Source: Lepidodermella squamata (lineage: Eukaryota; Animalia; Gastrotricha). From it: DNA of 64,000 nucleotides. A model generated the notes under the pieces. The model ran no database searches. It was not told where the DNA came from and worked only from the letters and a program-made list of their open reading frames with translations. Where the stretch lies: assembly GCA_047495785.1 (NCBI GenBank), contig JBLDXI010000007.1, forward strand, positions 3,720,001 through 3,784,000, written 5' to 3'. Shown piece by piece: positions 1 to 14,327 of the stretch. The translations under genes were made by a program, and so were the position numbers. Position 1 is the first letter of the stretch. Each line of letters starts with the position of its first letter.

Positions 1-568
1 CGAACAATTCAGAATGCCAAATTTTGCAGCAAATTTATATATATTTCTAAAATTAAACTTTCCGGAACCTCCCTTTTCATGGTGGACCGATGAATTATTC
101 AATTTACCGGAAGAAACCTGGAAAAAGCCGATGGCAATTGGTTTGATAATTTTCGGAATTTTACCCGGTGGTTTGATCTTGGTTTGATCTTTTAAAAAAA
201 CTCCGTTTAATTTTGATTAAAAATTAGTAGATCATTTTCCTCCGATTCAAGGTTCCACATTGTGGACTAGTCCTCGTTTGATCTGACTTTGACCCTTCTT
301 TGATCCTCCGAAGATCTCGATGTGATACCAATTTTATACGACTAAATACCAGAAATTCAAGGAGAATTCCGACAAAACATTGGAATTGAAACGTTGGGTT
401 ACTTTGAAAATGTTAGGATTTGGGATTTTATTAATTTTTCTGAACATCCATTGGGATTTCTGAATTTTCCAATGTGATTGGAATTATTGTTAGTTAGTAT
501 CAAATACGATACAGTATCAATTACTCCTGATTTGAGCTACAATTGACCTCTTTCTATTCCGCTTTCAG

Positions 569-924
569 GTTTGATCATCGACGCCTTCGGTGAACTTCGT
601 GATCAAATGGAGCAGGTGCGCGAGGACCTTGAGTCCAAATGCTTCATCTGCGGCATCGGCAAAGACTATTTCGATAGTGTCCCACACGGCTTTGAGGAGC
701 ACACAACACGCGAGCACAACTTCGCGAACTACATGTTCTTCCTGATGCACCTCATCAACAAGGATGAGACCGAGTACACGGGCCAGGAGACGTACGTCTG
801 GAACATGTACCAACAGCGCGTGTGGGACTTTTTCCCGGCTGGTGTCTGCTTCAGACAGCAGTACGAAGTCGAACTCGGCTACGGCGGCGGCGGGGGCGGT
901 GGCGGTGGCGGTGGGGGCGATTGA
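569..924 (+). CDS. RyR: Ryanodine receptor, terminal coding exon (gene starts upstream of the window)
   Basis: Acceptor ttccgctttcag at 568. Translation [13 protein letters not shown]...[20 protein letters not shown]...[47 protein letters not shown] is the canonical RyR S6/C-terminal domain with the C2H2 zinc site. Confidence 0.96.
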
Positions 925-1572
925 GCTCGCCTCGCCTTTTACTCAACTTCGCCACACCTGCCTTTCATCAACTCGTGACGCCACTGTTTGTTTCAAAGTA
1001 AGTTGAAACTTGGACAATTTCAAAAATTAAGATTTCGAATTTTCTACAAATTTTCAGCCCCGTGTCGAAATTCCGCCGGCTTACAACAAAAATGACGTGC
1101 TATTATCACTTTATTTTGACCAATCGCTTTACGTTATATTCTGATGTAAATTATTCCCTAAATTATGTATTTATTCGAGAGATTCTATTGTGCGAATTTG
1201 ACGTTTTCTGTGTGTTTTTGTTTTTGATCTTTCTCAAAAATCGCCTCAATTTTAATCTGCAAGTATTTTTCCTGTTTCCTCGTACCAAAATACTCTTACG
1301 TGTGACGGCAATCTGATATTCTAAGTAATATCCGAAGTTCTCAATGTCTATAGCCAAGTTGAAAAGTTATGAGTAAATTCGATTTACTGCTATTATTTAT
1401 TATTATCGTTGCGTGCGAAAAAATCACTATGCGAAACAATCAAACTTCGATAAAAAAATTGTTGGAAAAATGCCTGTATAAAAACCAGAAAATAAACAAG
1501 AAATTTGTTAACTGAGAGGTTGCAATTTTTTCCTGATTGAAAAACTTTCATGTCCCAGAAATGGTTCCGTTT

Positions 1573-4309
1573 TCAGTGTTTTCTGACGCGGCGTCGTGTT
1601 GACGGGACAATGCACTTCCTGATGAGTAGCGGTGACGCGATTAAAAGCACATTTCCCATAGCTAAAATGCAAGACACAGAGGCCATTAGCATATACAGAG
1701 CTGGATTGTTGTCGAGAAATAACAGTCCCATCAAAATCGATCCTATAAGGATAATATAGGCTGCTATGAAATATCGAGACCACCAGGTTAGGTTTGCTAA
1801 TTTGAGCTTTGCTTCGCCGCTCAAGTGCAACCTATACCGGCTTCTTTTATACGATTTCAGGACCGATTTGATGAAAACTGCAATGAATAGGGTCCTCAGG
1901 ACGACCAAAGCTATCAAGGTAATTGAAACACAGAAGAGTCCTAGGGCCACAGCGGAGGATGTGAAAGAAGTGACAAACAAGCAATCTAGTCTTAACACCT
2001 GGTTCATAGCTCTTGGCATCGACTTGCTGCTCACAAAAATATCTTTTGTTTGGACTGGGATCAAAGACGTAAAAATGACTATTGCTGCGAAAGGGATTAC
2101 CAAGAAGGCGAGCGAATTTTTAGATTTTGGTAAATGAAGGTTTCGATGGTTGAAAACCGGCAATGTCCGACTTCGGTTATTTGAATAAAACGTAGAAAAA
2201 AGCTTTGATACAAGATTCGAAGGCGTGACATTGACCGTAGCCATTCCTGACTTAATTTTAAGGTAAATTCCGAGGAAGAGGAAAGCCAAGCCTGAAAAAA
2301 TCTCAGCCGAAACAACCGAGCAATGAATGCTGATTTTAGGCTCATGGCTGATTGGAACCAATAAGACGTGTGTAACAAGTAAAGTATTTCCTAGGATGGA
2401 AAACCAGTCGCCCAGCTCGAACTTCAAACTATTGGCTGCGACGAATGATTGTGAGAGTACGAGGCCAGCAATCATCAGTGTCAGAATGGAACATAAAACT
2501 AAAGAAAAACACAATCGAGATGAGGCAAAAGGAAACCCAAAAATAACCTTTTAAGAGAATATTCGCTGATAGTGGGAGGAATGCCACTCGTGAAACAGTG
2601 ATGATTTGTCGATCAATTGGCGGATGACCGTCCTCAGTTGCCCAACGCAAAGCATCTGGAATAATCGTCAACTGCTCACCTTCCGCTCGATTTGACATGT
2701 AGACCGCGACTAAGCTGCTTCGGCTTGTCCCATTCACGACTTGCAATTGTTTAAACACCACAGGAACACTGCCTAATGAGCTGTGATCTGTTCGATTGAA
2801 GGAAAAGCTGCCTTTGAAACCGGTGAAAGACAGGTCGTAAAATGAATTAGCGATGGCTGATTTCATCACTGAGCTCTCAGCTGCAAATGTTTTCGCACCC
2901 ATCAGCCACTGAGAGAGGGACGAGTTGCCTTTTTGACACATAACAATTGTAAAAGTGAATCAAAAAGGCTTTTAATATCGAAATAGGTTCAACTTACGTT
3001 CATTAAGAAGGATAGCTTCTGTATTGTTGATCACCAGACCTAAGGCTGTTACGACGTCGAAATAACCCGAGGCAAGGTCGCTCAACCGACTGTTGTAGTC
3101 GACTGTAAGGTTGACATTTGCCATGACGTAGTTGAGCCAATCTTCCATACGCGATCCCGAAATATCAGTCGCATTCGGCCCAATGATATCGGCCAAGGTC
3201 GTATCGCCTATAAAAATCACGCTGGGCAATATATCGAGAATCGATTGAGAGTTGCACCAAGATGTCAATTCATCTGGCAATTGGCTATTTTCGTCGAACC
3301 ACACCCAGGTAACAAAAATGAGGACGTAGTCAGGTCCGTAAAGACCGTGGCGGTGCAAATAGCAAGCAGCAGTCAAAGCAGAATATTGAAAGCTAACAAT
3401 GACTCTTGCTCCGCTTCGCTTCAATTCTCGAAACACCGAAGTCATGACGCTTGTATCGTCGCTGAGTTGGTAGGGATACTTCGCCATGTGGACCAGGGTT
3501 ATGTTATTGGCATCCAAAGACGCAACCAGACACTTTTCAATCTTTATAAGATAGTTATTAGATTGCAACATTGAAAGGTTGAATTTCTTTCAAGAAACCA
3601 TTTCGGTATAATTTTCCGTATCTGCTACGAGCGCTACCCTTTGCCAGCCCATTTTGACCAGAAATTGAACAATCGGAGGCACGATGAAATCAACTTTCTC
3701 GCCGAGTGAGAATACATTGCTGTAACGCGACTGTCTCAAGTTGTAAAGATCGATGTCGTTCTGGTAAAGACTCATCTTTACATTAATAAGTGCAAAATAT
3801 TTGTTGCGAGCAAAAGTACATATGTGAAAAACTTACAGCAGTCATGTTGTATTGTTTGAAAATTAGCGCCATCAAAGTCTGGGCAGTAGCCTCACATTCG
3901 CTTATAGTCATTAGAGGAAAAAGGGAATCAGGACGATTCTCCAAAATGTCAACCGTGTTCTTTATAATGACCGAAGTTTCGCACTATAAATTAGGAATTT
4001 ATAAACTTCTCTTGGAGATGAAAATCTAATACATACATTTTCTGCCACAGTTATTAATTCCATTTCGTAGTTAGGAAGCCAGTTAGGTAGTGCTCGAAGA
4101 TTCTGCACGGTAAATTCCATCACTCGAGAGATTGCCTCGTTGAAGAACGCCGATGGGTCCCGCTGCTTTGTCACCAGAACCCTCACTAATTCACGGGTGA
4201 CTTCCTCTGAGTTGTTTCGCCTTATTATCTCGTATTCGCTGGAGAGGTTGAGATTAGCACTCATGGGAATAAGGGCGAAAGAGAGGAGTATGATAGTTTT
4301 ACGTAGCAT
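1573..4309 (-). CDS. Divergent GABA-B-receptor-like class C GPCR, copy 1 (signal peptide + Venus flytrap + 7TM, ~815 aa)
   Basis: Six phase-compatible exons: 4309-4037, 3983-3837, 3775-3599, 3541-2998, 2928-2548, 2498-1573 (2448 nt). Flytrap motifs LPNYEMEL, MGWQRVALV, LKRSGARVIV, GLYGPDYVLIF, GYFDVVTALGLVINNT, FTGFKG and W.TEDGHPPID parallel GABA-B R1/R2. No Cys-rich domain. Seven hydrophobic helices, with the TM3 Cys and ECL2 Cys (LRLDC). Confidence 0.85.
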
Positions 4310-5698
4310 TGACCTAGGATTAAAAGAAAAGTAAGACAAAAATTCAGTTTTATCAACGGCTTTATTAACGGATTCCCTAGCACTCTCACAATTGTGATAA
4401 TCTATCTTTCGGAAGTTGATCTTCAAATTTCACTGTTTTCGTCAAGATTTAACGTTCCGAAGGTTAAGGTTCCTTTTCCGTGTACTTTTCAGAGTCGAGC
4501 ACTTTTCAAATTCCCTGCATATAATACGCCTTCAGAACATCTACTAATAAGAATAAGAAACGAAAATGCTTTTGTCCCCTACGATTTACGCGGCGCGTTG
4601 CAATCTCGCAGCAGTCAGAATAGCAAGAGCGGTCAAAGTCAGAAGCCTACGCTAGGGTATATTGCCGTTTAAATACATAATAATCCTTCAATTTCTTCCT
4701 CTGCTTCCCAAGGTATGTCAATTTGAGACTTTGAACTCAATTTGAACTGAAAACCCGCATGGGAATTGGAATTGTTGCTCCTTTTTACATAATTCCACTG
4801 GTTGACGATAAATAAATTCTTTCATTTACGGTCATTTGGGTTTCGACTCCATCGCTGTTGACACTCCAATATTGACCAAAATGTCGCAAAAATTTGGAGC
4901 GTCTTCTACAACTTGCTAATCGCTTAAAACTTCTGGTTGGAGCCCAGAAAATCATAGCTAATTAGCGTAAACAGTCGTCAAGTATTGATAAACAGGGAAA
5001 CACCTTGGCCAATATTGCGCGCAGTTGAGAAGTGGACAACGCTAAAATACACAAGTAAAAAATAGGGGAAAGGCGGGCACCCACGTAGTGGTTGGGCTAA
5101 TTATTCCGCGGCAGTTTGGTATAAATGGCAGACAAAGTAGTATATTTCTATTTCAATCAAACGTCTGTCGAATGATGAGTTTGATAATATGCTCTTCCAT
5201 CAGGAACTACATGGACCATGCTTCGGTGATGACGCTGAAAAACCCATGACCGACAATGGATAGCGTCTCGAACGAGACACTTATTGCTGCATGGAACGCC
5301 AGTAAGAGTAGAATCGAATCGTATACTTAATCCTCGGTCCCGCCTCTTCTATGCTTACCTACATTATAATTAGACATTGGGCCTTTCTCATTCTACGGAA
5401 GGTTCACTAGCAAGTTGAGAACTCTTGAAAAATATCTGTGTTTTATATCTGTCTTCCTATGTCAGACATTTAGACTATCTTGCTTTCATTTTTCCTGGGA
5501 GCTGGACTGAAAGCGATATTCCATTTCCAGCTTTGCAGTCCATATCTTGAAGAATATTTTGCGAAACGATTTCCAAGCAATCAATTTGCGAAAACATCAG
5601 CATCATTCATCAAAAATTCATTCGAAAAAAATCAAACTTCTGTACACATTTTTTTGGAAAAAAATGCCTCTATAAAAACCGGAAAAATAATGGACCAG

Positions 5699-8520
5699 TC
5701 AGTTCCTTCTGACGAGGCGTGGCGATGACGGAGCGCTTTCTGACCTCCTGACAAGCAGCGGCGAGGCTATCAGCATCGTATTTCCTGTGACTAAAATGCA
5801 AGACACAGAAGCCATGAGCATGTATAGAGCTGGATTGTTGTCAAGAAATATCAGTCCCATCAAAATTGATCCTATAAGGATGATAGAAGCTGCTATGAAA
5901 AATCGAGACCACCAGGTCAGGGCAGTTAACTTGAGCTTCGTGTCGCCACTTGAGAATAACCTATGCCGACTTCTTTTAAACGATTTGAGGGCAGATTTCG
6001 TGGAAACTGCCATGAAAAAGGTTCTTAGGATGACCAATGTTAGCAAGCCAATTGAAACACAGAAGAGTCCCATGGCCACAGCGGAGGATGTGAAAGAATC
6101 AACGAGCAAGCAGTCTAGCCTAAACACTTGGTTCATTGCTCTAGATGTCGACGTACTGCTAACAAGAACTTCTTTCGTTTTGATCGGGAATATGGCGACC
6201 AACGAGATGAAAGCGACAATGGCAGCGAAAGGAATGGCCAAGAAAGCGAGGGAAAGTTTAGTTTCTGGTGCTTGCTCACTTTCAGGATAGAAGAGCGGTG
6301 AACTCCGATTATTTGAATAAAATGTGGAAAACAGCCTTGATACAGGCCGTGAGGGCGGGTTACTGACCATTGCCATTCCTGATTTCATTTTAAGATAAAT
6401 TCCGAGAAAGAGAAAGACCACACCAGTCATCATTTCAACAGAAATAGCCGAACAATAGTCGCTGATCTTAGGTTCGTAGCTGATAGGAACAAGGAACGCA
6501 TGTGTAACGAGTAGCGTATTTCCAATAATCGAAAGCCAGTCTCCCAGCTGGAATTTCAATTTCTTCCTGGCGATGGAAAATTGTGACAGAACAAGGCTAA
6601 CAATCGCCAGAGAAAGAATGGAGCACGTAGCTGAAAAAATCACAGTTTTGAAAGTTTTCTCGGGCACTGGTTTAAAAGAAGAAGGGTTCATGTCTGAGAA
6701 TGGGGAATAATAAGGTTAACATGGTGAATCAAATTTACTTTTTAAACAAATATTTGCCGATAGTGGAAGGAATGCCACTCGTGAAACAGTGATAATTTGC
6801 CGATCTAGTGGAGGCTGACCATCTTCGGTTTTCCAACTCATAGCATCAGGGATCATCGTCATCTGCTCACCTTCCGCTCGATTCGACATATAGACCGCGA
6901 CTACGCTGCTTTGACTCGTCCCATTCACGAATCGCATTTGCATGAACACATTAGGCACGCTTCCTAATGAGCTGTGATCGGCTCTATTGAAAGAATAGCT
7001 TCCTTTGTAGCCGGTAAAAGAGAGGTCGTAAAATGAATCAGCGATGACTGATTTCATCACTGAGCTTTCAACCTCAAAGTTGCGCGAACCCATCAGCCAT
7101 TGTGAGAGGGATGAATTCCCTAGTTATGTTATACAGAAGTACATTCATCAAGGTTAAAGATGAACTTCGATGGCAACCTACGTTCATTCCTCAGAGTAGT
7201 TTCCGTATTGTTGATCACAAGACCCAATGCTGTTACAACATCGAAATAACCCGGGGCGGCGTAGCTCCAGGGTGAATTTGAATCTGCTGAGTAGTTGACA
7301 TTTGCCATGACGTAGTTGAGCCAATCTTCCATTCGTGACCCGGAAATATCAGTCGCATTCGGCCCAATGATATCAGCCAAACTAGTGTCTCCTACAAAAA
7401 TCACGCTGGGCAATATATCGAGAATCGATTGAGAGTTGCACCAAGACGTCAATTCATCTGGAAATTGGCTGTTTTCGTCGAACCATGCCCATGTGAAGAA
7501 AACGAGGACGTAATCAGGGCCGTGAAGACCGTTGCGGTGCAGGTGGCAAACAGCCGTCAAAGCAGCATCTTGAAGGCAAAGAATGACTCTTGGTTCGCTT
7601 CGCTTCAAGTCTTGAAACACCGAAGTCATGAAGGTTGTATCGTCACTGAGTTGGTACGGATACTTTGCCATGTGGGCCAGGGTTATGTTGCTAGCTTCCA
7701 AAGTTGCAACCAGATATTTGTCAATCTTTGTAGAAATAGTAACTATAGATTCAAAAATTTAAATTGGAAGCGTAGTAACAAACCATTCCTGCATAGTTTT
7801 TCGTATCACTTATAATCGCAACCCTTCGCCAGCCCATTCTTACCAGAAATTGAACAATCGGTGGCACGATGAAATCAACTTTCTCGCCTAGTGAAAATAC
7901 ATTGCTGTAACGCGACTGCCTCAGTTTGTAAAGGTCGAGGTCATTCTGGAAAAGGTGGGCCTTAACGAATTGAAATACAAACCATGTTAATAGGTAGTAA
8001 TAGAAAAAGTTATTCTCTGTAAAACTCACAGCAGTCATGTTGTATTGTTTCAAAATTAGCGCCATCAAAGTCTGGGCAGTGGGCTCACATTCGCTTATTG
8101 TCATCACAGGAAATAGTAAGTCGGGGCGATTTTCCAATATTTCAACCGCGTTCCTTATGAGAAGCGAAGTTTCGCACTATAAATGAGGCAAGTAATGGTC
8201 TTGTTCTTATGCTGAAAAATAAAACGTACATTTTCTGCCACAGTTATTAGTTCCATTTCGTAGTTAGGAAGCCAGTTGGGTAGCGTTCGTAGTCGCTGCA
8301 GGGTAAATTCCATTACTCGAGAGATTGCTTCATTGAAGAACGTCGATGGGTAACGCAATTTTGTCACAAGAACCCTCACTAAATCGCGAGTAACTTCTTC
8401 CGAGTTGTTCCGCCTAATGATCTCGTACTCGCTCGTCAGGTTCAGATTAGCACTCACGGGAATGAATACTAACAAGACAATGATAGCTTTACTAACAAAT
8501 ACCTGCTTTAATAAAAACAT
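5699..8520 (-). CDS. Divergent GABA-B-like class C GPCR, copy 2 (~823 aa)
   Basis: Exons 8520-8230, 8176-8030, 7960-7784, 7725-7182, 7119-6739, 6630-5699. Internal exon sizes (147/177/544/381) and phases match copy 1; open reading frame. Confidence 0.85.
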
Positions 8521-9189
8521 GGTCGACAGCACTGATTAGAAGAAATTAAAAATCAGTAAATGGTGAAAGTTTTGAATTATAGCGTTCTTTTCCAATGTAC
8601 CGAGTCATTAGATTCCTCCGTCAAAAAGGAAAAATTCCCCCTTAGACAGGAACTCTATATTCGAATTACAATGTTATTGTCAAGATTTTAGAGCGTTTTG
8701 AAGGTTCGAATTTCCCTTTTTCGAATGCTACCTAGCACAGCACTTGCAGTAATACCTGCGCGTAATGTCTTTCAATCGGAACAATGCATTTCATTTACGA
8801 AGGAAATACATCCAAATCATTGGAGAAATGTTTCATTCGAAAATTATTAGCCTATATTTCACAATTGCCTGCCACATATATGCGTGGAAAGGTATGCAGA
8901 GTGGGGATGGGTAGAGGGGGCATGAGACGTAATTAGGACGCTAGCGTTGACAGAAATAATCAGGGTCAAAGGTCACTTTTTGAAAATATTGAGATGAATC
9001 ATCTCATTCGCGCTCCTTTGGTAATCCATATTTTTGCGTTCTCCAAAGTAAGTTCCAATGCTTCGGGCGCGATCATTAATGATGTGCGTTGCTACACATT
9101 GTAAAAAGCTCAATTCCGGGCCCATATTAGTTCCGTCCGTCTGGACTTGGCTCATGGCATTGTGCTTGAGCTAAATAGTAGAATTTCAG

Positions 9190-9431
9190 GGCGCGCGCTG
9201 ATTGGTCAATTTAAAGTTGCTATGACTCCCGGATGAAACATGTTGGTTGTGTTTGCCGCAGTAAATTGCTACGATTATTATGGGGTTTAAGCTCGTGGTC
9301 AATGGGAACCGTGCAGAGGGTGTGACAAGGTCCTTTTTTGCATAAATAGAAAATAATTAATTCGTGGATTGCACGACTAAATTGTTTCATCGCGGAGTCA
9401 TAACAACTTTAAATTGACCGATCATCGCGCG
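9190..9431. mobile_element. MITE-like element with ~50-bp inverted repeats (copy 1)
   Basis: cgcgcgctgattggtcaatttaaagttgctatgactccc.gatgaaac ... gtttcatcgcggagtcataacaactttaaattgaccgatcatcgcgcg. An inverted homologous copy lies at ~49229-49500, and flanks are also shared. Confidence 0.75.
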
Positions 9432-9882
9432 AGTCAAAGTGCTACTTACTATACTTGATAACAACCAACGATTATTTACTGAATCACACATTCGATAAAG
9501 AGTAATCAAACTCAAACATTTCTTGATATATATTTTATTGTTATAAACAACAAAAGCCAACTGTTATTTATAAATAACAGTTGCCATAACGACACTGGAG
9601 TAACTAGAATGTCTTTGGATATGTGTTTTAAGGTTTAGGATTATTTCATTTAAAGGGTTCGTAGAGGAAAGAATTAATCATCTTGCTGCTGCGATAGGCT
9701 ATTTCCGAAAGGATTCGATGGATGGTCGGTTTGCCGATTCCTAAATTGCGCAATGCGTCCACTGCCGTCCATAGCAAATGGTACGTATATAATAAAAACC
9801 GGAAAATAAACAATAATTAGCTAACTGAGCTGTTTTGTGGAAATTCTGTCAATTTGATGTCCGGGAAATATTCCCGTTAGTT

Positions 9883-12800
9883 TTATCTGGCGGGGCGTCG
9901 TGTTGACGAGGCAATGTACTTCTTGATAAGTAGCGGCGACGCAATCACCATCACATTTCCGATTGCTAAAATACATGACACAGTAGCCATTAGCATGTAC
10001 AGAACAGGATTGTTATCAAGAAATAACAGCCCGGTCAAAATCGATCCCAAAAGGATGACAGAAGCTGCTGTGAAATATCGAGACCACCAGGTCAAGTTTG
10101 CTAATTTGATCTTCTCGTCGCGTCGCAAATAGAATCCGTGTCGGTTCATTTTAGACAACTTGAGCACCGATTTGATGGAAACTGCCATGAAAAGGGTCCT
10201 AAGAATGACCAATGCTAGCAAGACAATTGCAACACAAAAGAGCCCTAGGGCTGCGGCGGTTGAAGTCAAAGAATCGACAAACAAGCAATCTAGTCTCAAC
10301 ACTTGGTTCATGGCTCTAGGTGTCGACTTACTGCTCACAAGTATTTCCTTCGTTTTGATAGGGAATATCGCAATCAAAGAGATGAAAATAACAATGAGTG
10401 CAAAAGGGATAGCTGAGAAAGCGAGGGAAAGTTTGGTTTCGGTAGCTCGTTCCCTTTCAGGATGGGAAGCCGGTGTAATTCGGCTTTGAACATTCGTATA
10501 AAACGTGGAAAATAGCCTCGAAACAGGTCGCGAGGGTGTGTAGTTGACCATAGCTATTCCAGACTTAAATTTAAGGTAAATTCCGAGGAAGAGGTACACC
10601 ACACCCATCATAATCTCAGCAGAAATCGCCGAGCAATGGATGCTGATCTTAGGTTCATGGCTGATAGGAACCAAGAAAGCATGTGTAACGATCAAAGCAT
10701 TTCCAAGAATCGAAAACCAGTCACCCAGCTCGAATTTCAAATTATTTGTTGTGATGAACTGCGTAAATAATTGTGAAAGTACGAGACCAGCAATCGCGAG
10801 AGAAAGAATGGAGCATATAGCTGAAAATAATGTCAAAATATAACATCAAAGTCTTTCATGTCCGGAAAATTAAGCAGTAGGAATCAAAGTAAAATCGAAA
10901 TCCTACGGAAATGCGCTGGTTTTTTGTTACAAGTTTGTCAAAAATACGGGCATCCTAACTTCAAGAAGAATGACCATCCTGTTCCCCGTAAAATTCTGTT
11001 CCAGGTTCCATCCAAAAATTTGAGAGAAGCAGCACTGATTTAATGAAATCGATTGAAAATGAAATCGACTTCTTTGTTTACTTTCCCACCGAAATTTTGA
11101 GCATTTTTCATGATTCAGCTGAACATCTGCGACCCAAGGTGTTCCGCTCTTTTCTCGCGAGTAGTTTGTCTATTTTAAATTACGTCCATGGATTTACCCT
11201 TGAAGAAGATATTTGCTGATAAAGGGAGGAATGTCACTCGCGAACTTGTGATAATTCGTCGATCTAGTGGCGGTCGACCATCCTCGGTTGTCCAATGCAA
11301 AGCCTCTGGGACAAGCGTCAACTGCGCTCCGCCAGCTTGATTAGGCATATAGACCGCAACTACGCTGCTTTGGCTAGTCATATTCACTAATTGAATTTGC
11401 ATGAACATAATGGGCCACTTTCCTAAGGAGCTGTGATCAGCCCGGTTGAACGAATAGCTGCCTTTGAAACCGGTGAGAAACAGGCCGTAAAATGAATCAG
11501 CGATGGCTGATTTCATCACAGAGCTATCAGCTGCTAAGTTTTGCGAACCCGTCAACCACTGCGAGAGGGACGCGTTTCCTGATTTAGATAGATTACATAT
11601 CAAAGTGAACAATCAATTTTCTTGTGAAATATTTCTAGCTTACGTTCATTGCGAAGGATTGTTTCTGTACTGTTGATCACCAGACCCAGCGCTGTTACGA
11701 TGTCGAAATAACCTGGAGCGAGGTAGCTCCACGGACTGTTGTAGTCGACTGTAAGGTTGACATTTGCCATGACGTAGTTGAGCCAATCTTCCATACGCGA
11801 TCCCGAAATATCAGTCGCATTCGGCCCAATGATATCGGCCAAAGTCGTATCGCCTATAAAAATCACACTGGGCAATATATCGAGAATCGATTGAGAGTTG
11901 CACCAAGATGTCAATTCATCTGGAAATTGGCTGTTTTCGTCGAACCAAGCCCATGTGAAGAAAACGAGGACGTAATCAGGGCCGTAAAGACCGTGACGGT
12001 GCAGGTGGCAAACAGCTGTTAAAGCAGCATCTTGAAGGCAAAGAATGACTCTTGGTTCGCTTCGCTTCAATTCTTGAAACACCGTAGTCATGAAGGTTGT
12101 ATCGTCACTGAGTTGGTAGGGATACTTTGCCATGTGGACTAGGGTTACGTTGTTGGCGTCCAGAGAGGCGACCAGATATTTGTCAATCTTCGTATAATAT
12201 TACATTAGATTATATTAGATAGTATATAATTTTTGGCGTTTGTGGTCTTTTTTTATCTTTTCCCTCATCTTTGGCAATTTTGTCTCATCTTTGGACTCCT
12301 TTGTCCAAGATGAGATGAATAATTCGTTATCTGCAGCCCTCGGGCTACTTTCTAGGTCTTTCCTGCTGAAAAGTGAACACTTTTCCGCAGGCGATCTTGC
12401 TTTGCGTGAAGTCCTGTGCGTTAACGCCTAGTTTTAGAAGCTTGTTAACAAACCATTTCTGCGGAAGTTTTCGTATCTGTTATGAGTGCCACTCTTCGCC
12501 AGCCCATTTCAACCATGAATTGAATAATCGGCTTCGCGATGTAATCAACTTTCTCTCCGAGTGAAAACACATTGCTGTACCGCGACTGCCTAAGGTTGTA
12601 AAGTTCGAGGTCGTTTGGATACAGGTTCATCTTCAATTGCAAAATTGCAAAATATGTTTTGGAATGAAAGCTACGTATAAAACGTACGGCAGTCATGTTG
12701 TATTGCTTCAAAATCAGCGCCATCAAAGTCTGAGCAGAAGCCTCGCATTCGCTGATTGTCATCACAGGAAAAAGCGAGCCGGGGCCAATCTCCAAAATAT

Positions 12801-13181
12801 CGATTGTGTTTCTTATAATGACCGAAGGTTCGCACTAGAAAGCAGGCACTAGAATGAATCTTGCTTATGTTGAAAAATAAAGCATACTGTTTCCGCCACA
12901 GTTATTAGTTCCATTTCGTAGTTAGGAAGCCAGTTGGGTAGCGTTCGTAGTCGCTGCAGGGTAAATTCCATTACTCGAGTGATTGCCTCGTTGAAGAACG
13001 CCGATGGGTAACGCAATTTTGTCACAAGAACCGTCACTAATTTTCGCGTGACTTCTTCCGAGTTGTTACGCCTTATTATCTCGTATTCCGTGCTCAGTTC
13101 CAGATTTGCCCTTAAGGGTATAAGGGTCATAGAGAGGAGTATGATAGCTCTACACAGTATTGACTTTTTTAATTGAAACAT
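9883..13181 (-). CDS. Divergent GABA-B-like class C GPCR, copy 3
   Basis: Same exon structure (e.g. 12630-12454, 12187-11644, 11578-11198, 10820-9883). Introns 3 and 5 are enlarged by insertions. Confidence 0.85.
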
Positions 13182-14327
13182 GGTCGGCAGCGTTGATTAT
13201 ATGAAATGAATAGTCTGCAAATAGTGAATTCTATCACTTCTGCCTTCTTCTTCACAACCTTTTTGCAATCGGATTTGTGTCCAACGGGAACAACTCTATC
13301 ACAGGAAGCTCATCGTCAAATTGCAGCAGTGTCGTTGTCAAACCTTTAGCATTGTTTCGAAAGTTTCAGAGCATTAATCATGCATTTTCATGCACCTTGC
13401 ATATTATACATTTATTTCGGACGCGTCTTTGCAACACCTACTATAATCGAAATAATAAGTGCTTTCCTCCCCCTCGATTCACGTGGGTTTGCGATCTCTC
13501 CTAACTGAGTGTCGATTAGTGTAATATTCCTTGCGCTACTAATGGAGGATAATCGCGTCAAATTTCGGAATCCGGAAGCTTACGTATTGATGAGTTCCTG
13601 CGGGACGTCAAAAATATCCGTGAACAGCAAATACGACCAGACAGCCAAAGAGACAAAACAGCCCCTTACCAGAAAGATTTTTGTGAGAGTCTTGAGTCTT
13701 GACTGCTCATTGTCGGCTCACGTCCCAAAAAAGTGCGTACCGTATTTGTTCCAGTAGTAGCCCATTGCTAATAGTAGGCCAATAGTGAAATTTCCATTTT
13801 CCAGTTTTTGCTGATGAATATTCAGAAGTACTTGTTATCAGCTTTATATGAATGCTTTCAGGCTCCGAGAACAGCGCATTCTGACAGAACATATGAATAC
13901 AGTTTAACTCCAACTTCCATTAAATTAGTGGTTTTTTGGTTTTTCACTACATGATTCGAACTCTGATCCAGCTCGGGATTCAATTCAGTCAAACCATTTG
14001 CACATGGCGCACTTGCTGTCAACAATGATTCTGGATTGAATCCAACGGGCAATCTCCGTCTTTGTAATGTAAATAACCAAGTGTAATAATTCATAAAATC
14101 ATAAAATTCATCAGGAAAAAATCTTCCAGGCTCGCTCCAAGCATCAAAATGTTGGCCTTGATCAGAATTACCCGCCCTATACGAAATATGCTTCAGTTTC
14201 GATTTAATTATTTCGAGTTTTATCACGAAATAGTTTCGTTAACTATTTCACTGCTTTACATTGCTCTGACAATTTTGAAAAAACATCGTAGTGTTCACCA
14301 TCTGGTACCGAAAAGTTTTTTATGAAA

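Noticed and set aside
883-921. Poly-Gly tail on the ryanodine receptor
   Set aside because: Low-complexity extension. As I recall, similar Gly tails end some other invertebrate RyRs, so it is not treated as novel.
13858-14226. 122-aa ORF between receptor copies 3 and 4
   Set aside because: No recognisable motif, non-ATG start and no supporting exon structure; possibly TE debris.
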